Positions 8,647 through 18,529 are shown, counted from the first letter of the stretch. The stretch: 54,676 bases of DNA from Candidatus Parcubacteria bacterium (GCA_019661895.1 JAIFWO010000002.1:1-54676); one strand, 5' to 3'. Notes: generated from the sequence alone by a model not told the origin. A program made the numbers and translations.

Positions 8647-9615
8647 ATGGAAACAGTACTCGTTACGGGAGGGGCGGGCTTTATTGGATCAAATGTTTGC
8701 GAAGCTCTTCTGAAAAAGGGATACCGTGTGATATGTGTTGATAACTTTGATAGTGATCTCTACGATGGAAAAATTAAAGAAGGGTACATTGAGAAACTGA
8801 TAGCTAATCAAAACTTCGCGGTTTATAGGACCGATATCAGACATAAAGCTGAGCTGGAGGATGTTTTCAATAAGGAGAAGCCGGAATTGGTGGCTCATCT
8901 TGCCGCTCGAGCCAATGTCCGAAATGCAGTGAAGGATCCGTATCCATACATTTCTATTAATATTGAAGGTACGCTCAATGTGCTTGAGTGCTGCCGAGAC
9001 AATGCCGTCAAGAATCTAGTTATCGCCTCATCAGGTTCTGTCTATGGCAATGATCCGGTCGTGCCATGGGCCGAAGACCATCTCACAGGAGAGCCAGTCT
9101 CACCTTACGGAGCGTCGAAGCGGTCAGCCGAACTCCTTGCCTATACATATCATCGTAACTTCGATCTCAATATTACTTGCTTGCGTTACTTCAATGCTTA
9201 CGGAGAGAACAATCGACCAGATCTTGTGCCTTATATTTGGGGAAAGGCCATTTTAGACGAAGAAGAGATAGAGATCTCGGGAGATGGAAGTCGCGAGAGG
9301 GATTATACCTATGTAGGTGATGTGGTGAGGGGTACAGTTTTGGCGCTCGAGAAGCCCTTAGGGTTTGAAATAATTAATATTGGCAACTCCAATCCCACTT
9401 CACTCAAGGATTTGCTTGAAATATTTAAAAGAGTAAGTGGTATTGAGGTAAAGGTGAGGTCACGACCAAGTAACTCAGTTAGTATGGAAAAAACTTTTGC
9501 TGACATAACTAAAGCCAAGCGGCTTTTAGATTGGGAGCCCGAGGTTACTCTGGAGGAAGGGGTTCGACGTTTACTTACTTGGCTTCGCGACCACCGACTG
9601 GAAAAATCCGTTTAA
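8647..9615 (+). CDS. NAD-dependent nucleotide-sugar epimerase/dehydratase (extended SDR, GalE/UDP-GlcA 4-epimerase-like)
   Basis: TGGAGFIGS Rossmann motif and the YGASK catalytic Yxxx K. Confidence 0.8.
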   Translation: METVLVTGGAGFIGSNVCEALLKKGYRVICVDNFDSDLYDGKIKEGYIEKLIANQNFAVYRTDIRHKAELEDVFNKEKPELVAHLAARANVRNAVKDPYPYISINIEGTLNVLECCRDNAVKNLVIASSGSVYGNDPVVPWAEDHLTGEPVSPYGASKRSAELLAYTYHRNFDLNITCLRYFNAYGENNRPDLVPYIWGKAILDEEEIEISGDGSRERDYTYVGDVVRGTVLALEKPLGFEIINIGNSNPTSLKDLLEIFKRVSGIEVKVRSRPSNSVSMEKTFADITKAKRLLDWEPEVTLEEGVRRLLTWLRDHRLEKSV

Positions 9616-10722
9616 TTCCTTGAGATGATTTTCCCAAGAGAATTTAGTTTGTAGAAGCTTTTTGGCATTTTGCACCAACCTCTTTTCTAGGTCGGGATTA
9701 TCAAATAGTTTCGATATAGCATCAGCTAGGGCCTGATCATCGCCAGCGGGTACAAGTAGCCCAGTCTCGTCATCGTAAACCGCTTCATTGGTACCGGGGA
9801 TGTTGGTGGCGACCATCGGGATCTCGGCGGCAAAGCTGGTGAGCGCGGTATGAGGCAAGCCTTCATAGGTAGAATTCAAAACATAAACTTCCGAATTCTT
9901 GCGCCATTGCCACGTCTCAGCACGGGAGACGCGGCCCAGGAGCTGCACTTCCTTTTCCACACCCAATTCTTTAATAAGTTTTTGCAAGTTTTCCGTTTCT
10001 GGACCATCACCGGCGCATACAAACCTTACATCTGAGTATTTTTTCTTCAAAATGGCGACCGCGCGGATGATGCCGTCGATGCCTTTGAAGTTTACCAAGC
10101 GGGCCGTGGCCACGATTTGATGTTTCGTCAGTTTAGGTTCGAAGGGAAGGGTCTCGGTCTCGTCGGCGGCATTGTAGTTAGTGATGACGCGCTTATGGTC
10201 TAGCTTGTAGGCCTTTTGAATGGCCTTGCCCAAATATTCTGAGGGAGTAGTGACGACACTGGCTTGGCGCAAGACCCAACCCTGTGTTCGCATCATGAGG
10301 CGGATTCTCTGAGGCCCCTCTGGCTTCTCTAAAAACTCTTCAAGCCTCTTGTTCGTGAGCTTGTGTTGTGAGGCGCGCTCCCAAGCCTCATCGCCAACAA
10401 ACTTCAAAATAAAAGGCTTCCCACGAAGTTTGCTCGCTAAGGCCACTGGCAGTCCGGCAGCCATGGCGTTTTGTACATAAATGAGGTCGCAGTCTTTTGA
10501 TGCGTGCCATACGGCCCAAAAGTATTTAATGAGGCGTATGGGCAGGGGCCGACGCTTAGAGACAGGAATGAGGGTCGTGCCCGGGAAGGCCTCGCGGACG
10601 TCCGTATAGGCCACCACAGTGATCTGGTGATCCTTGTGGAGCCGTTCGCACAGCTCCTTGGTATAGGTGGCTGGACCGCCGATTTCTGGCGGGTAAATAG
10701 GGGTGGCGACAAGGATTTTCAT
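9571..10722 (-). CDS. glycosyltransferase family 4
   Basis: MKILVATPIYPPEIGGPA N-terminus and EGLPHTALTSFAAEIPMVATNIPGTNEAVYDDETGLLV. I prefer the start at 10722 over 10737 because a minus-strand TATACT (plus 10729-10734) lies 6 nt upstream. Confidence 0.8.
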   Translation of the reverse strand: MKILVATPIYPPEIGGPATYTKELCERLHKDHQITVVAYTDVREAFPGTTLIPVSKRRPLPIRLIKYFWAVWHASKDCDLIYVQNAMAAGLPVALASKLRGKPFILKFVGDEAWERASQHKLTNKRLEEFLEKPEGPQRIRLMMRTQGWVLRQASVVTTPSEYLGKAIQKAYKLDHKRVITNYNAADETETLPFEPKLTKHQIVATARLVNFKGIDGIIRAVAILKKKYSDVRFVCAGDGPETENLQKLIKELGVEKEVQLLGRVSRAETWQWRKNSEVYVLNSTYEGLPHTALTSFAAEIPMVATNIPGTNEAVYDDETGLLVPAGDDQALADAISKLFDNPDLEKRLVQNAKKLLQTKFSWENHLKELNGFFQSVVAKPSK

Positions 10723-10771
10723 AGCTCGAGTATACATTTATTTTGGCTTAGAATAAAGCTATACTAGGCCA
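10723..10771. promoter_or_regulatory. 49-bp divergent promoter region with a -10 hexamer 6 nt from each ATG
   Basis: The plus-strand TATACT at 10760-10765 precedes ATG 10772. The minus-strand TATACT (plus AGTATA at 10729-10734) precedes ATG 10722. Confidence 0.4.
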
Positions 10772-11781
10772 ATGGACTCCAGCGGACTCAAAGTGCTTAT
10801 GATCTCAAGCGACCGCAACATCTTGGTACCTGGAAGCGTGGTTAGGGGGAGGATGGAGGAATTCGGTGGCTTGGTCGAGGAGCTGCATATTGTTATCTTC
10901 TCGCTTCGCACTAAGGGGTTTGAGAGTGGGCAGATTGCTTCAAACGTTTGGGTTTATCCGACGAGCTCTCGCTCAAAATGGTTTTATATTCAAGACGCTT
11001 TTAGAATCGGTGGGCAAATAATTTCTAAAAACAATTTCCTAAAGTCGAGATCTCTACTTACGGTCCAAGATCCGTTTGAAGCAGGATTGGTAGGGGTATG
11101 GATAAAGAAGAAGTGGCATCTCCCGCTTGAGATACAGATGCATATCGACCCGATGTTTCTAGACGGGTATGACAGGCCTCTGGATGTTATCCGTAAGCAA
11201 ATCGCACGTCGAACCCTTGTGGCGGCGGACTCTCTAAGAGTAGTAGCCAAGTTTATTAAAGACAGAATTGAAAAAAGCCTTCCTCTGGTGAAAAAGTTTA
11301 TCTATGTATTGCCGGTCTACATAGACAAAGAGAAGGTAAAATCCTTCCAAGCCAGCTTCGACTTGCACGAGAGGTATGGATTGCGCTTCGTGGTCTTGAT
11401 GGTAGCCAGACTTACCCCTCAAAAGAATCTTCCATTAGCCCTTAGAGTTCTGAAAGCCGTACATGCCAGCTTCCCTGATACAGGTTTAGTTGTGATAGGG
11501 GCTGGGGTCGACGAGGAAAAACTAAAGAGTTTGGCAAAGAGACTTGGCATCGAAGCCCAGGTTGTTTTTGCCGGGTGGCAAGAAGATCTTGCCTCTTATT
11601 ACAAAACTAGCGATGTGTTCATGCAGACATCGAAGTTTGAATAATTGAAGACAAAAATTTAAGGACTAAGCTTGGCACTACACTCAAGGGGACTCTTCAA
11701 GTCCAAGTTTATGATAAGCAGGAGTATCTAGAGGCCTTGAAAAATAATTGGGAGAGAGTAGCTTCTGTTCCACATAAATGA
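10772..11781 (+). pseudogene. decayed GT4 glycosyltransferase (internal deletion removing the EX7E catalytic region, plus a frame change)
   Basis: The ORF stops at 11644 right after ...SDVFMQTSKFE, which is the first Glu of EX7E. A GT4-like C-terminus (IEDKNLRTKLG...YLEALKNNWERV) continues in another frame from 11644 to 11781. It ends in the TGA of an ATGA overlap with the next gene. Confidence 0.6.
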
Positions 11782-12434
11782 CTACTATAAATCCAAAGAT
11801 TGCTCGCCGCTTTGAGGCCGTGGCAAGATCAAAGACCTTCCATAATTTGATACAGATATTTTCCTTAGATCAAAAGGCGGTGCTTGATGTAGGTTGTACC
11901 TATGGAGAATTTCTCAAGCATTTTGGGAAAGAGAGCACAGGCATTACTATCATCTCTGAAGAAGTGGAAGTGGGCCACAAGCTCGGTCTTGATATTAGGC
12001 AAGCCAATATCGAGTATCCGGAGACGGTTAAGCTTGATCGTGCATACGATGTGATCTTCGCCAACAATATCTTCGAGCACATGCTCTCACCTCATACCTT
12101 CCTCCTTGAGATGAAGAAGTATGTGGCGCCTGGAGGTCTCCTTATCTTAGGAGTGCCGTGTGTTCCTAAAATAACGTGGCTTTTGCGTTTAAAAAAGTTC
12201 CGTGGCAGTTTGGCGAGCTTGCATATCAACTTCTTTACCCGAGACACTCTTATAAAGACGGTCGAATATGCTGGATGGTCAGTCAAAGAATGTCGAGGCT
12301 TTCACTTTAAAAACCGTTTTATTGACCGCTTTCTTGATCCCATTTATCCCCACTTCTATGTAGTGGCTACGATGACACCCAATTTCGCTTACTCTCCGAA
12401 GAGGGCCCGTGAAGTGGCGGGATACAATACATGA
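11778..12434 (+). CDS. class I SAM-dependent methyltransferase
   Basis: Motif I VLDVGCTYGEF and motif DVIFANNIFEHM. Confidence 0.7.
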   Translation: MTTINPKIARRFEAVARSKTFHNLIQIFSLDQKAVLDVGCTYGEFLKHFGKESTGITIISEEVEVGHKLGLDIRQANIEYPETVKLDRAYDVIFANNIFEHMLSPHTFLLEMKKYVAPGGLLILGVPCVPKITWLLRLKKFRGSLASLHINFFTRDTLIKTVEYAGWSVKECRGFHFKNRFIDRFLDPIYPHFYVVATMTPNFAYSPKRAREVAGYNT

Positions 12435-13495
12435 AGCCAAGAATACTCATCATTACGCAGAAGGTCGATAGGGAAGACAGCTTGCTTGGGTTCTTCCATT
12501 ATTGGATTGAAAATGTGGCCAAACAGGCAGATAAGGTGACCGTCATAGCTCTCGGCAAGGGTGTGTACTCCTTGCCGGCAAACGTCCAGGTATATTCCTT
12601 GGGCAAAGAGAGAGGTACACCTAAGTTTATGCAAGCGATCAAATTTTATATATACGCATTCCGCGCTCTTATGGAATGCGACGGCATCTTCGTGCATATG
12701 GTCCCTGAGTATGTCCGAGCGGTGTGGCCATTAAATGTTTTCTTCCGAAGGCCTGTCGCAATGTGGTACGCCCATATTCATGTCGGTCCGGCTGCCAGGT
12801 GGGCTATCGATCATGTGGATTATGTTTTGACAGCTTCGAAAGAGAGTTTCGAGTTTGATTCTAGCAAGGTTGTAGTAACTGGGCATGGGATTGACACAGA
12901 CCTCTTCAAACCAGACCCGCTTGTAAAAAAAGAGCCTTTGATCCTCACCATGTCACGAATCTCAAGAGTGAAGCGGCTCGATGTCTTCATTAAGGCCATT
13001 AAACTTCTTAAAGATCGCCATAAGGATATGCCGATTCGGGCACTTATTGCCGGAAGGTTAGCCCGTCCAGAAGACGCAGAGTATCAAAGGGAATTGAAGG
13101 CTCTCATTCATCTATATGGACTCGATGACGTCTTCGGTTGGTATCCAGAAATTACTAACAGCGAGATGCCAGCAATCTATAACAAGGCGGCTGTCTTTGT
13201 GCGAATGCAGGGAGGAGGGGGATTCGGCAAATCGGAGCTGGCTGCCATGTCTTGTGGTGTGCCTTCCGTCATCCCGACAGATGTTTATAAAAAGGATTTA
13301 GGAGAATTTGCCGAGAATACATACTTCAAGGAAGATGATGCCGAAGAGTTGGCTCTCCGTATTGAAGGGGTGCTCTCCTGGGACACGGATACAAAGAGTA
13401 GATATGCCAAGATCGCTCGTGGGATTGTCGTAGATAAGCACAATATAGAGAAGCTCGCTAAGGTAATTGTAAGTCTGCTGGCTAAAAAGCCATGA
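12431..13495 (+). CDS. glycosyltransferase (GT-B, GT4-like)
   Basis: MKPRILIITQK N-terminus. The C-terminal region GGGGFGKSELAAMSCGVPSVIPTD sits in the EX7E position. ATGA overlap with the upstream gene. Confidence 0.65.
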   Translation: MKPRILIITQKVDREDSLLGFFHYWIENVAKQADKVTVIALGKGVYSLPANVQVYSLGKERGTPKFMQAIKFYIYAFRALMECDGIFVHMVPEYVRAVWPLNVFFRRPVAMWYAHIHVGPAARWAIDHVDYVLTASKESFEFDSSKVVVTGHGIDTDLFKPDPLVKKEPLILTMSRISRVKRLDVFIKAIKLLKDRHKDMPIRALIAGRLARPEDAEYQRELKALIHLYGLDDVFGWYPEITNSEMPAIYNKAAVFVRMQGGGGFGKSELAAMSCGVPSVIPTDVYKKDLGEFAENTYFKEDDAEELALRIEGVLSWDTDTKSRYAKIARGIVVDKHNIEKLAKVIVSLLAKKP

Positions 13496-14754
13496 GGTAT
13501 TTGAAACTCGGCATCATGTTTCTCGTCGTTCTGCATGTAGCAAGTGTTTTTCTTATTGCTTTTAGGCATATCGATCCCTCCCCCGTCCAAGACTCTTTAG
13601 AGTACCGGCTGATCTCACAGAGTGTTGTGGCCAACAAATCCTTCTCAATTTATCCAGAGAGACCCGATCTGCTGCGAGGACCTTTGTATCCAATCTTCTT
13701 AGCTGCCACCTCGCTGCACTCCATCTACATCTCGATCTTTTTGCAGGCGCTCCTGCTTCTTGTCACGGCGTATTTACTGCTTAAAATATTGCTTCAGCTT
13801 GGAGTGAGCGAGCGGTACGCACTTTTGGCCATAATATTCTTCTTGGCAGAGCCTTACCAATGGCTCTACTCACTCCAGACGATGTCGGAAATTTTGGGGC
13901 AGTTTTTATTTACTCTCGTAGTCTTTCTTATGGTTCGAAGGAAGATTGGAGAGGAGATGAGCCCCAGAGAATTTGTTCTTGCCGGAGTAGTATTTGGTCT
14001 TTTGGTCTTGGCCAAACCCTCTGTGCTGATCTGGGCCTTGGCCCCCTTGGCTTGTATCTCGATCTCTAAAAATGGCTGGAAATGGAGAATGAAGAGCTTG
14101 GCAGCTTTCCTCCTAAGTCTGATTCTAGTAGTCTCGCCTTGGCTTGTAAGAAATTTTGTTCATACAGAAGAGTGGCTCTTGTCTTCGAGCCAGGCCGTTA
14201 ACAGCGTCATCGGCTTCGGTGCCACTGACGAGATCAGAGAGGCCAAGGCGGGAGAGGTGATATATGACTCGAAGGGCCGGGCAGGTATAGCCTTCAGATC
14301 CTTCTCAGTTGAAGGGTTTAAAGATATCTCGAATCTAAGCAAAGAGGTTGTAGAAAGGAGAGGGCTCTTAAATTTAATTGGTACGCAGCTCCGGTGGTCG
14401 CCGCGAGTCTGGTTTGGGCATGAGTATGCCAGATCATTTGCCATGCTTGGGCATAGAGTCTCTCCAGTCTTTGAAAGGGCAATAAACTTTATAGATAATT
14501 TTGTATGGACACTCGCAGCTCTCATGAGCGTCCTTGGGATATGGTCTCTCTACCGTCAAAGAAAGATTTCTTTAATGATTCTTCTTACCTTGCCACTTTT
14601 CCTAACGATCTTTATAAATCTCAATTTGTCTTATCCGAGGATGCTCGTGCCTTTGTATCCTGTAATAGTGATTGTTTCGATACTTGGTATAAATATGTTA
14701 TTGTCTTCATATTATGATCGGGTACGTATATCTCGCAGGGGCCTTCGTTCTTAA
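13492..14754 (+). CDS. GT-C fold polytopic membrane glycosyltransferase (ArnT/PMT, GT39/GT83-like)
   Basis: Roughly ten or more hydrophobic segments by eye. The first loop carries DSLEY and RGPLYP, which resemble the conserved acidic-loop motifs of ArnT/PMT enzymes. Confidence 0.55.
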   Translation: MRYLKLGIMFLVVLHVASVFLIAFRHIDPSPVQDSLEYRLISQSVVANKSFSIYPERPDLLRGPLYPIFLAATSLHSIYISIFLQALLLLVTAYLLLKILLQLGVSERYALLAIIFFLAEPYQWLYSLQTMSEILGQFLFTLVVFLMVRRKIGEEMSPREFVLAGVVFGLLVLAKPSVLIWALAPLACISISKNGWKWRMKSLAAFLLSLILVVSPWLVRNFVHTEEWLLSSSQAVNSVIGFGATDEIREAKAGEVIYDSKGRAGIAFRSFSVEGFKDISNLSKEVVERRGLLNLIGTQLRWSPRVWFGHEYARSFAMLGHRVSPVFERAINFIDNFVWTLAALMSVLGIWSLYRQRKISLMILLTLPLFLTIFINLNLSYPRMLVPLYPVIVIVSILGINMLLSSYYDRVRISRRGLRS

Positions 14755-15073
14755 TTCCTTAGGCACTGTCTTAGTCAAGATCCACTCGGCCAGGGGGTTT
14801 GTGCTTGAGGGAGGGCTGCTTTCTATCATTACCAAAAATATTTCTTTCATAGGCGCGCTTCTACTCTTCGCGCTCAACCTTATATGCTACTCCTTGGCCC
14901 TCTCACGCCTGCCTCTCTCTGTCGGATACCCAGTCATGACGGTGGCCAGCTTTGTGATTGTGAACGCCTTTTCGTACTTCTACTTCCGCGAGCATATTGG
15001 TCTCATCGAAGTACTTGGATACGCGTTGATCTTAGTGGGCATCACCCTCGTCATCTCCTTCGGCCGAGCCTAA
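14714..15073 (+). CDS. small 4-TM DMT/SMR-type protein, ArnE/ArnF-like polyprenyl-phosphate-sugar flippase candidate
   Basis: 119 aa with four hydrophobic helices. LPLSVGYPV and the C-terminal GYALILVGITLV match EamA/ArnE-type motifs. Confidence 0.55.
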   Translation: MIGYVYLAGAFVLNSLGTVLVKIHSARGFVLEGGLLSIITKNISFIGALLLFALNLICYSLALSRLPLSVGYPVMTVASFVIVNAFSYFYFREHIGLIEVLGYALILVGITLVISFGRA

Positions 15074-15528
15074 TGAAAAAACTTCTATTCGAGAATATCG
15101 ACATCTCGCAGCTTGCAGGTAAAACGGTCATTCTTGATATCGACGGCACTCTGGTGGAAGACGGAAGTTTAGAGTTAACTCCTGAAAGGGCAGAGAAATT
15201 GTCTGAGCTTGCTTCAAGAGCTTACGTCTTCCTGGCTACCAATAAGCCCTTGCCAGAGCGTAATCGTGACTTTGCCGCTTTAGTTGCCCTTCCACTCCTT
15301 ACAGGTCTACGCAAGCCAGATCCAAGAATTATTGACCGGATTCCAGAGGAGTATAAAAAGGACTTGGTGGTAATAGGGGACAAGGCCAGTATTGACGGCC
15401 GCTTAGCCAGGAATGTTGGGGCTAAGTTCATATACACTGCCCACATTTATAAGCCTGGAGACTCAGCTCTTACCTATTTGTTTTATTTCTTGGATAGCGT
15501 ATTCTCTGTGCTGTTGAGATGGATATAA
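15073..15528 (+). CDS. HAD-IIIA phosphatase (YqeG/PGP-phosphatase-like)
   Basis: The ATG sits in a TAATG overlap with the upstream stop. HAD motifs are present: ILDIDGTLV (motif I), LATNK (motif II), RKPDP (motif III Lys) and VIGDKASIDGRLA (motif IV). Confidence 0.7.
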   Translation: MKKLLFENIDISQLAGKTVILDIDGTLVEDGSLELTPERAEKLSELASRAYVFLATNKPLPERNRDFAALVALPLLTGLRKPDPRIIDRIPEEYKKDLVVIGDKASIDGRLARNVGAKFIYTAHIYKPGDSALTYLFYFLDSVFSVLLRWI

Positions 15529-16358
15529 AAGCCTATATCAAGCTTGCCCGTCCGCACCACTGGGTCAAGAATGTCCTCATTTTTTTGCCGGCCTTCTTTG
15601 CTGGGGTGATTTCTAATAGCCATATTTTCCTGAGTGTCTTGTACTCTTTTATAACCTTTTGCCTAGCGGCAAGTGCCGTCTACGCGGTAAATGACCTTCT
15701 TGACTTACACACCGACAAGGAGCACGAAATAAAGCGTTTAAGGCCCCTTGCCAGCGGTAGGATCAGCCCCAAAGAAGGGTTTGCCATAGCTCTTGGCCTG
15801 TTTGTAGTGGCAACACTCCTTGCCTATGCCCTCGTCCCCTCAACCTTGAAGCTGCTCTTGGTTTATGGAGCAATAAATATTTTGTACTCTTATTCGCTTA
15901 AGCACATTCCGGTAGTCGATCTTATTATCTTTACTGTGCTCTATCTCATTAGAATCATGGTTGGGGGTGAGGCGGCTGGAGTTCCTGTTTCAGAATGGCT
16001 CATCCTTTGTACCATCTTCCTCTCCCTCTTCCTAGTGGTGGCTAAGAGGTTCGCCGAGCTAGAGAGGCAAGGGAGGCGCCGTGTCCTCCAATTTTACTCG
16101 GCGAAGTTCTTGGAGACCTTACTCGTAATGAGCGCCACCCTCTCCATTATCTCGTTTGCGCTTTACACCATTATTGGGCACAGCGACAAGCTGCTTGTCT
16201 ATTCAAACTTGTTTGTGATTTTTGGAATCTCGAGATACTTCTTCCTGGTGTATTCCTCAAGTCATGCTGAGTCTCCTGAGAAGGCCCTCTTCCATGACTG
16301 GTGGCTCCTCTGCGGGGTTGTGGCTTGGGCGGGCTATCTTCTTTGGGTATTCTATTAA
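15519..16358 (+). CDS. UbiA-family prenyltransferase, decaprenyl-phosphate phosphoribosyltransferase-like
   Basis: The N-terminus ARPHHWVKNVLIFLPAFFAG and NDLLDLHTDKEH are typical of the Rv3806c-like branch of the UbiA family. The protein has 8-9 TM segments. Confidence 0.65.
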   Translation: MDIKAYIKLARPHHWVKNVLIFLPAFFAGVISNSHIFLSVLYSFITFCLAASAVYAVNDLLDLHTDKEHEIKRLRPLASGRISPKEGFAIALGLFVVATLLAYALVPSTLKLLLVYGAINILYSYSLKHIPVVDLIIFTVLYLIRIMVGGEAAGVPVSEWLILCTIFLSLFLVVAKRFAELERQGRRRVLQFYSAKFLETLLVMSATLSIISFALYTIIGHSDKLLVYSNLFVIFGISRYFFLVYSSSHAESPEKALFHDWWLLCGVVAWAGYLLWVFY

Positions 16359-16376
16359 CTTTAGTATAGTATCGGT

Positions 16377-17417
16377 ATGGCAAAGCGTGTATTAATAACA
16401 GGGGGGGCAGGCTTCTTGGGTATTAATCTGGCGCGGTATTACTTGGCCAAGGGCTACACAGTCAGGTCTTTAGACATTGTGACTTTTGATTATCCGGAGA
16501 GAGGCAATATAGAAGAGTACACAGGAGACATTAGAGATATAAAAGCGGTGGCTAAAGCTATGGAGGGGGTGGATGTCGTTGCCCATACCGCGGCCGCTCT
16601 ACCTCTATACAAGGAAGAGGACATCTTCTCGACTGATATAGATGGGACAAGAAATATTTTAGAAGCGGCCTTGGCGGTTAAAGTTCCGAGAGTGATTCAC
16701 ATCTCTTCTACCGCTGTCTATGGCATACCGGATCATCATCCGCTCTTTGAAACAGACAAGCTCGATGGTGTCGGCCCATATGGCAAGGCCAAGATCTTGG
16801 CAGAAGAGATGTGCGATGAATATAGAAAGAAGGGTATGTGCGTGCCAATTATCAGGCCCAAGTCCTTTATTGGACCAGAGCGGTTGGGCGGCTTCGCACT
16901 CTTTTATGACTGGGCTAAGGATGGGAAGAACTTCCCGATGATCGGATTCGGCCATAATCGCTACCAACTTCTCGATGTTGAAGATTTGTGCGAGGCAATC
17001 TACCTTGCCACTGAGCTGCCCTGCGATAAGGTCAATACCGTCTTCAATATCGGGGCAGAGGAGTTTACGACTATGAAGGAGGATTATCAGGCGGTCTTGG
17101 ATCGGGCAGGCTTTGGCAAGAGGATTGTCGGCTTCCCAGCTTGGCCGATGATTTGGACCTTGAGGGTATTAGAGTTTTTCCATCTCTCGCCCCTCTACAA
17201 ATGGGTCTACGAGACCGCTTCGAAAGACAGCTTCGTCTCGATCGATAAAGCCAAAAAGGTTTTGGGCTGGCAGCCGAAGTATTCAAATAAAGATGCCCTA
17301 GTGCGCAATTATGATTGGTACGTATCTCATTTGAACGAATTTGAGCATGCCTCAGGAGTCTCGCATCGGGTGCCATGGAAGCAGGGGATCCTCAAGTTCT
17401 TTAAATTATTCTTCTAA
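16377..17417 (+). CDS. NAD(P)-dependent epimerase/dehydratase (extended SDR)
   Basis: TGGAGFLGINL and the YGKAK catalytic pair. TATAGT at 16365-16370 lies 6 nt upstream of the ATG. Confidence 0.75.
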   Translation: MAKRVLITGGAGFLGINLARYYLAKGYTVRSLDIVTFDYPERGNIEEYTGDIRDIKAVAKAMEGVDVVAHTAAALPLYKEEDIFSTDIDGTRNILEAALAVKVPRVIHISSTAVYGIPDHHPLFETDKLDGVGPYGKAKILAEEMCDEYRKKGMCVPIIRPKSFIGPERLGGFALFYDWAKDGKNFPMIGFGHNRYQLLDVEDLCEAIYLATELPCDKVNTVFNIGAEEFTTMKEDYQAVLDRAGFGKRIVGFPAWPMIWTLRVLEFFHLSPLYKWVYETASKDSFVSIDKAKKVLGWQPKYSNKDALVRNYDWYVSHLNEFEHASGVSHRVPWKQGILKFFKLFF

Positions 17418-18529
17418 TGAAGAAGTTCTACTATATCGCCAATATCCGCATGCCGACCGAACGGGCGCATGGTATCCAGATCATGGAGATGTGCAAGGCC
17501 TTTAGCACTCTTGGCTTTGATCTTGAACTCATTGTGCCCAATAGGAAGACCGATATTACCGATGATCCTTTCGCTTATTACGATATCGACAAAACATTTG
17601 AGATAAAAAAGCTCTGGTGCCTCGATCTTGTGAAGTGGGGAAGAGTTGGATTTTGGATCCAGTCCCTGACTTTTGCCAAAAGTGTTTTGTGGTACGTCTT
17701 GGCAAAGGATGGAATATTTTATACTCGAGACGAGCCCATCGCATTCTTCCTAAGCGCATTTGGAAAGAGGATTACCTGGGAGGCCCATATGGGGCAGAAG
17801 AATTTGTTTGTCAGAACTCTTATCAAGTTGCATACGAAGATCGTGGTCATTACTGATGGTCTAAAGAATTTATACTCCTCGCTTGGTGTTCGGAAGGGAG
17901 AACTTATGGTAGCGCCTGACGGCGCAGACATAGATAGGTTCGATATTGATGTTACCCAGAATGAGGCGCGTAAACAGCTCAATTTGCCATTGAATAAGAA
18001 AATAGTTTTATACAAAGGGTCCCTCTCAACATGGAAGGGGCCAGGTACGTTGGCCCAAGCCGCTCGCTTTATACAAACGCAGGATGTGCTCGTTGTCTTT
18101 ATTGGTGGCAAACCTGAAGATGTCGAGGCGTTTAAAAAAGAGTTTAAAGATATTACGAACCTTCTCATCCTCGGTAACCGTCCAAGAAAGGAGACGCCAG
18201 TGTATCAAAAGGCGGCGGATGTCTTGGTGATACCCAATAGTGCCAAAGAGGATATCTCCAAGCTCTACACCTCTCCCATGAAGCTTTTTGGCTATATGGC
18301 TGGGGGAGTGCCAATAGTCTCGTCTGATCTGCCCTCCCTTCGAGAGGTGCTCAGCGAGTCAAGCGCCTATTTGTGTATCCCAGATGATCCCCAAAGTTTA
18401 GCTCAGACCATCGATAAAGTTTTCCAAGAGTATGCAAATGCAGAAATCAAAGCCAGGCGGGCCCTTGAGGAAGTCCGCAAATATTCCTGGAAAAATAGGG
18501 CAGAGCAGATTATTAATTTTATCGCATGA
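17417..18529 (+). CDS. glycosyltransferase family 4
   Basis: N-terminal RMPTERAHGIQIMEMCKAF and a C-terminal GT-B region ending in GGVPIVSSDLPSLREV. TAATG overlap with the upstream gene. Confidence 0.7.
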   Translation: MKKFYYIANIRMPTERAHGIQIMEMCKAFSTLGFDLELIVPNRKTDITDDPFAYYDIDKTFEIKKLWCLDLVKWGRVGFWIQSLTFAKSVLWYVLAKDGIFYTRDEPIAFFLSAFGKRITWEAHMGQKNLFVRTLIKLHTKIVVITDGLKNLYSSLGVRKGELMVAPDGADIDRFDIDVTQNEARKQLNLPLNKKIVLYKGSLSTWKGPGTLAQAARFIQTQDVLVVFIGGKPEDVEAFKKEFKDITNLLILGNRPRKETPVYQKAADVLVIPNSAKEDISKLYTSPMKLFGYMAGGVPIVSSDLPSLREVLSESSAYLCIPDDPQSLAQTIDKVFQEYANAEIKARRALEEVRKYSWKNRAEQIINFIA

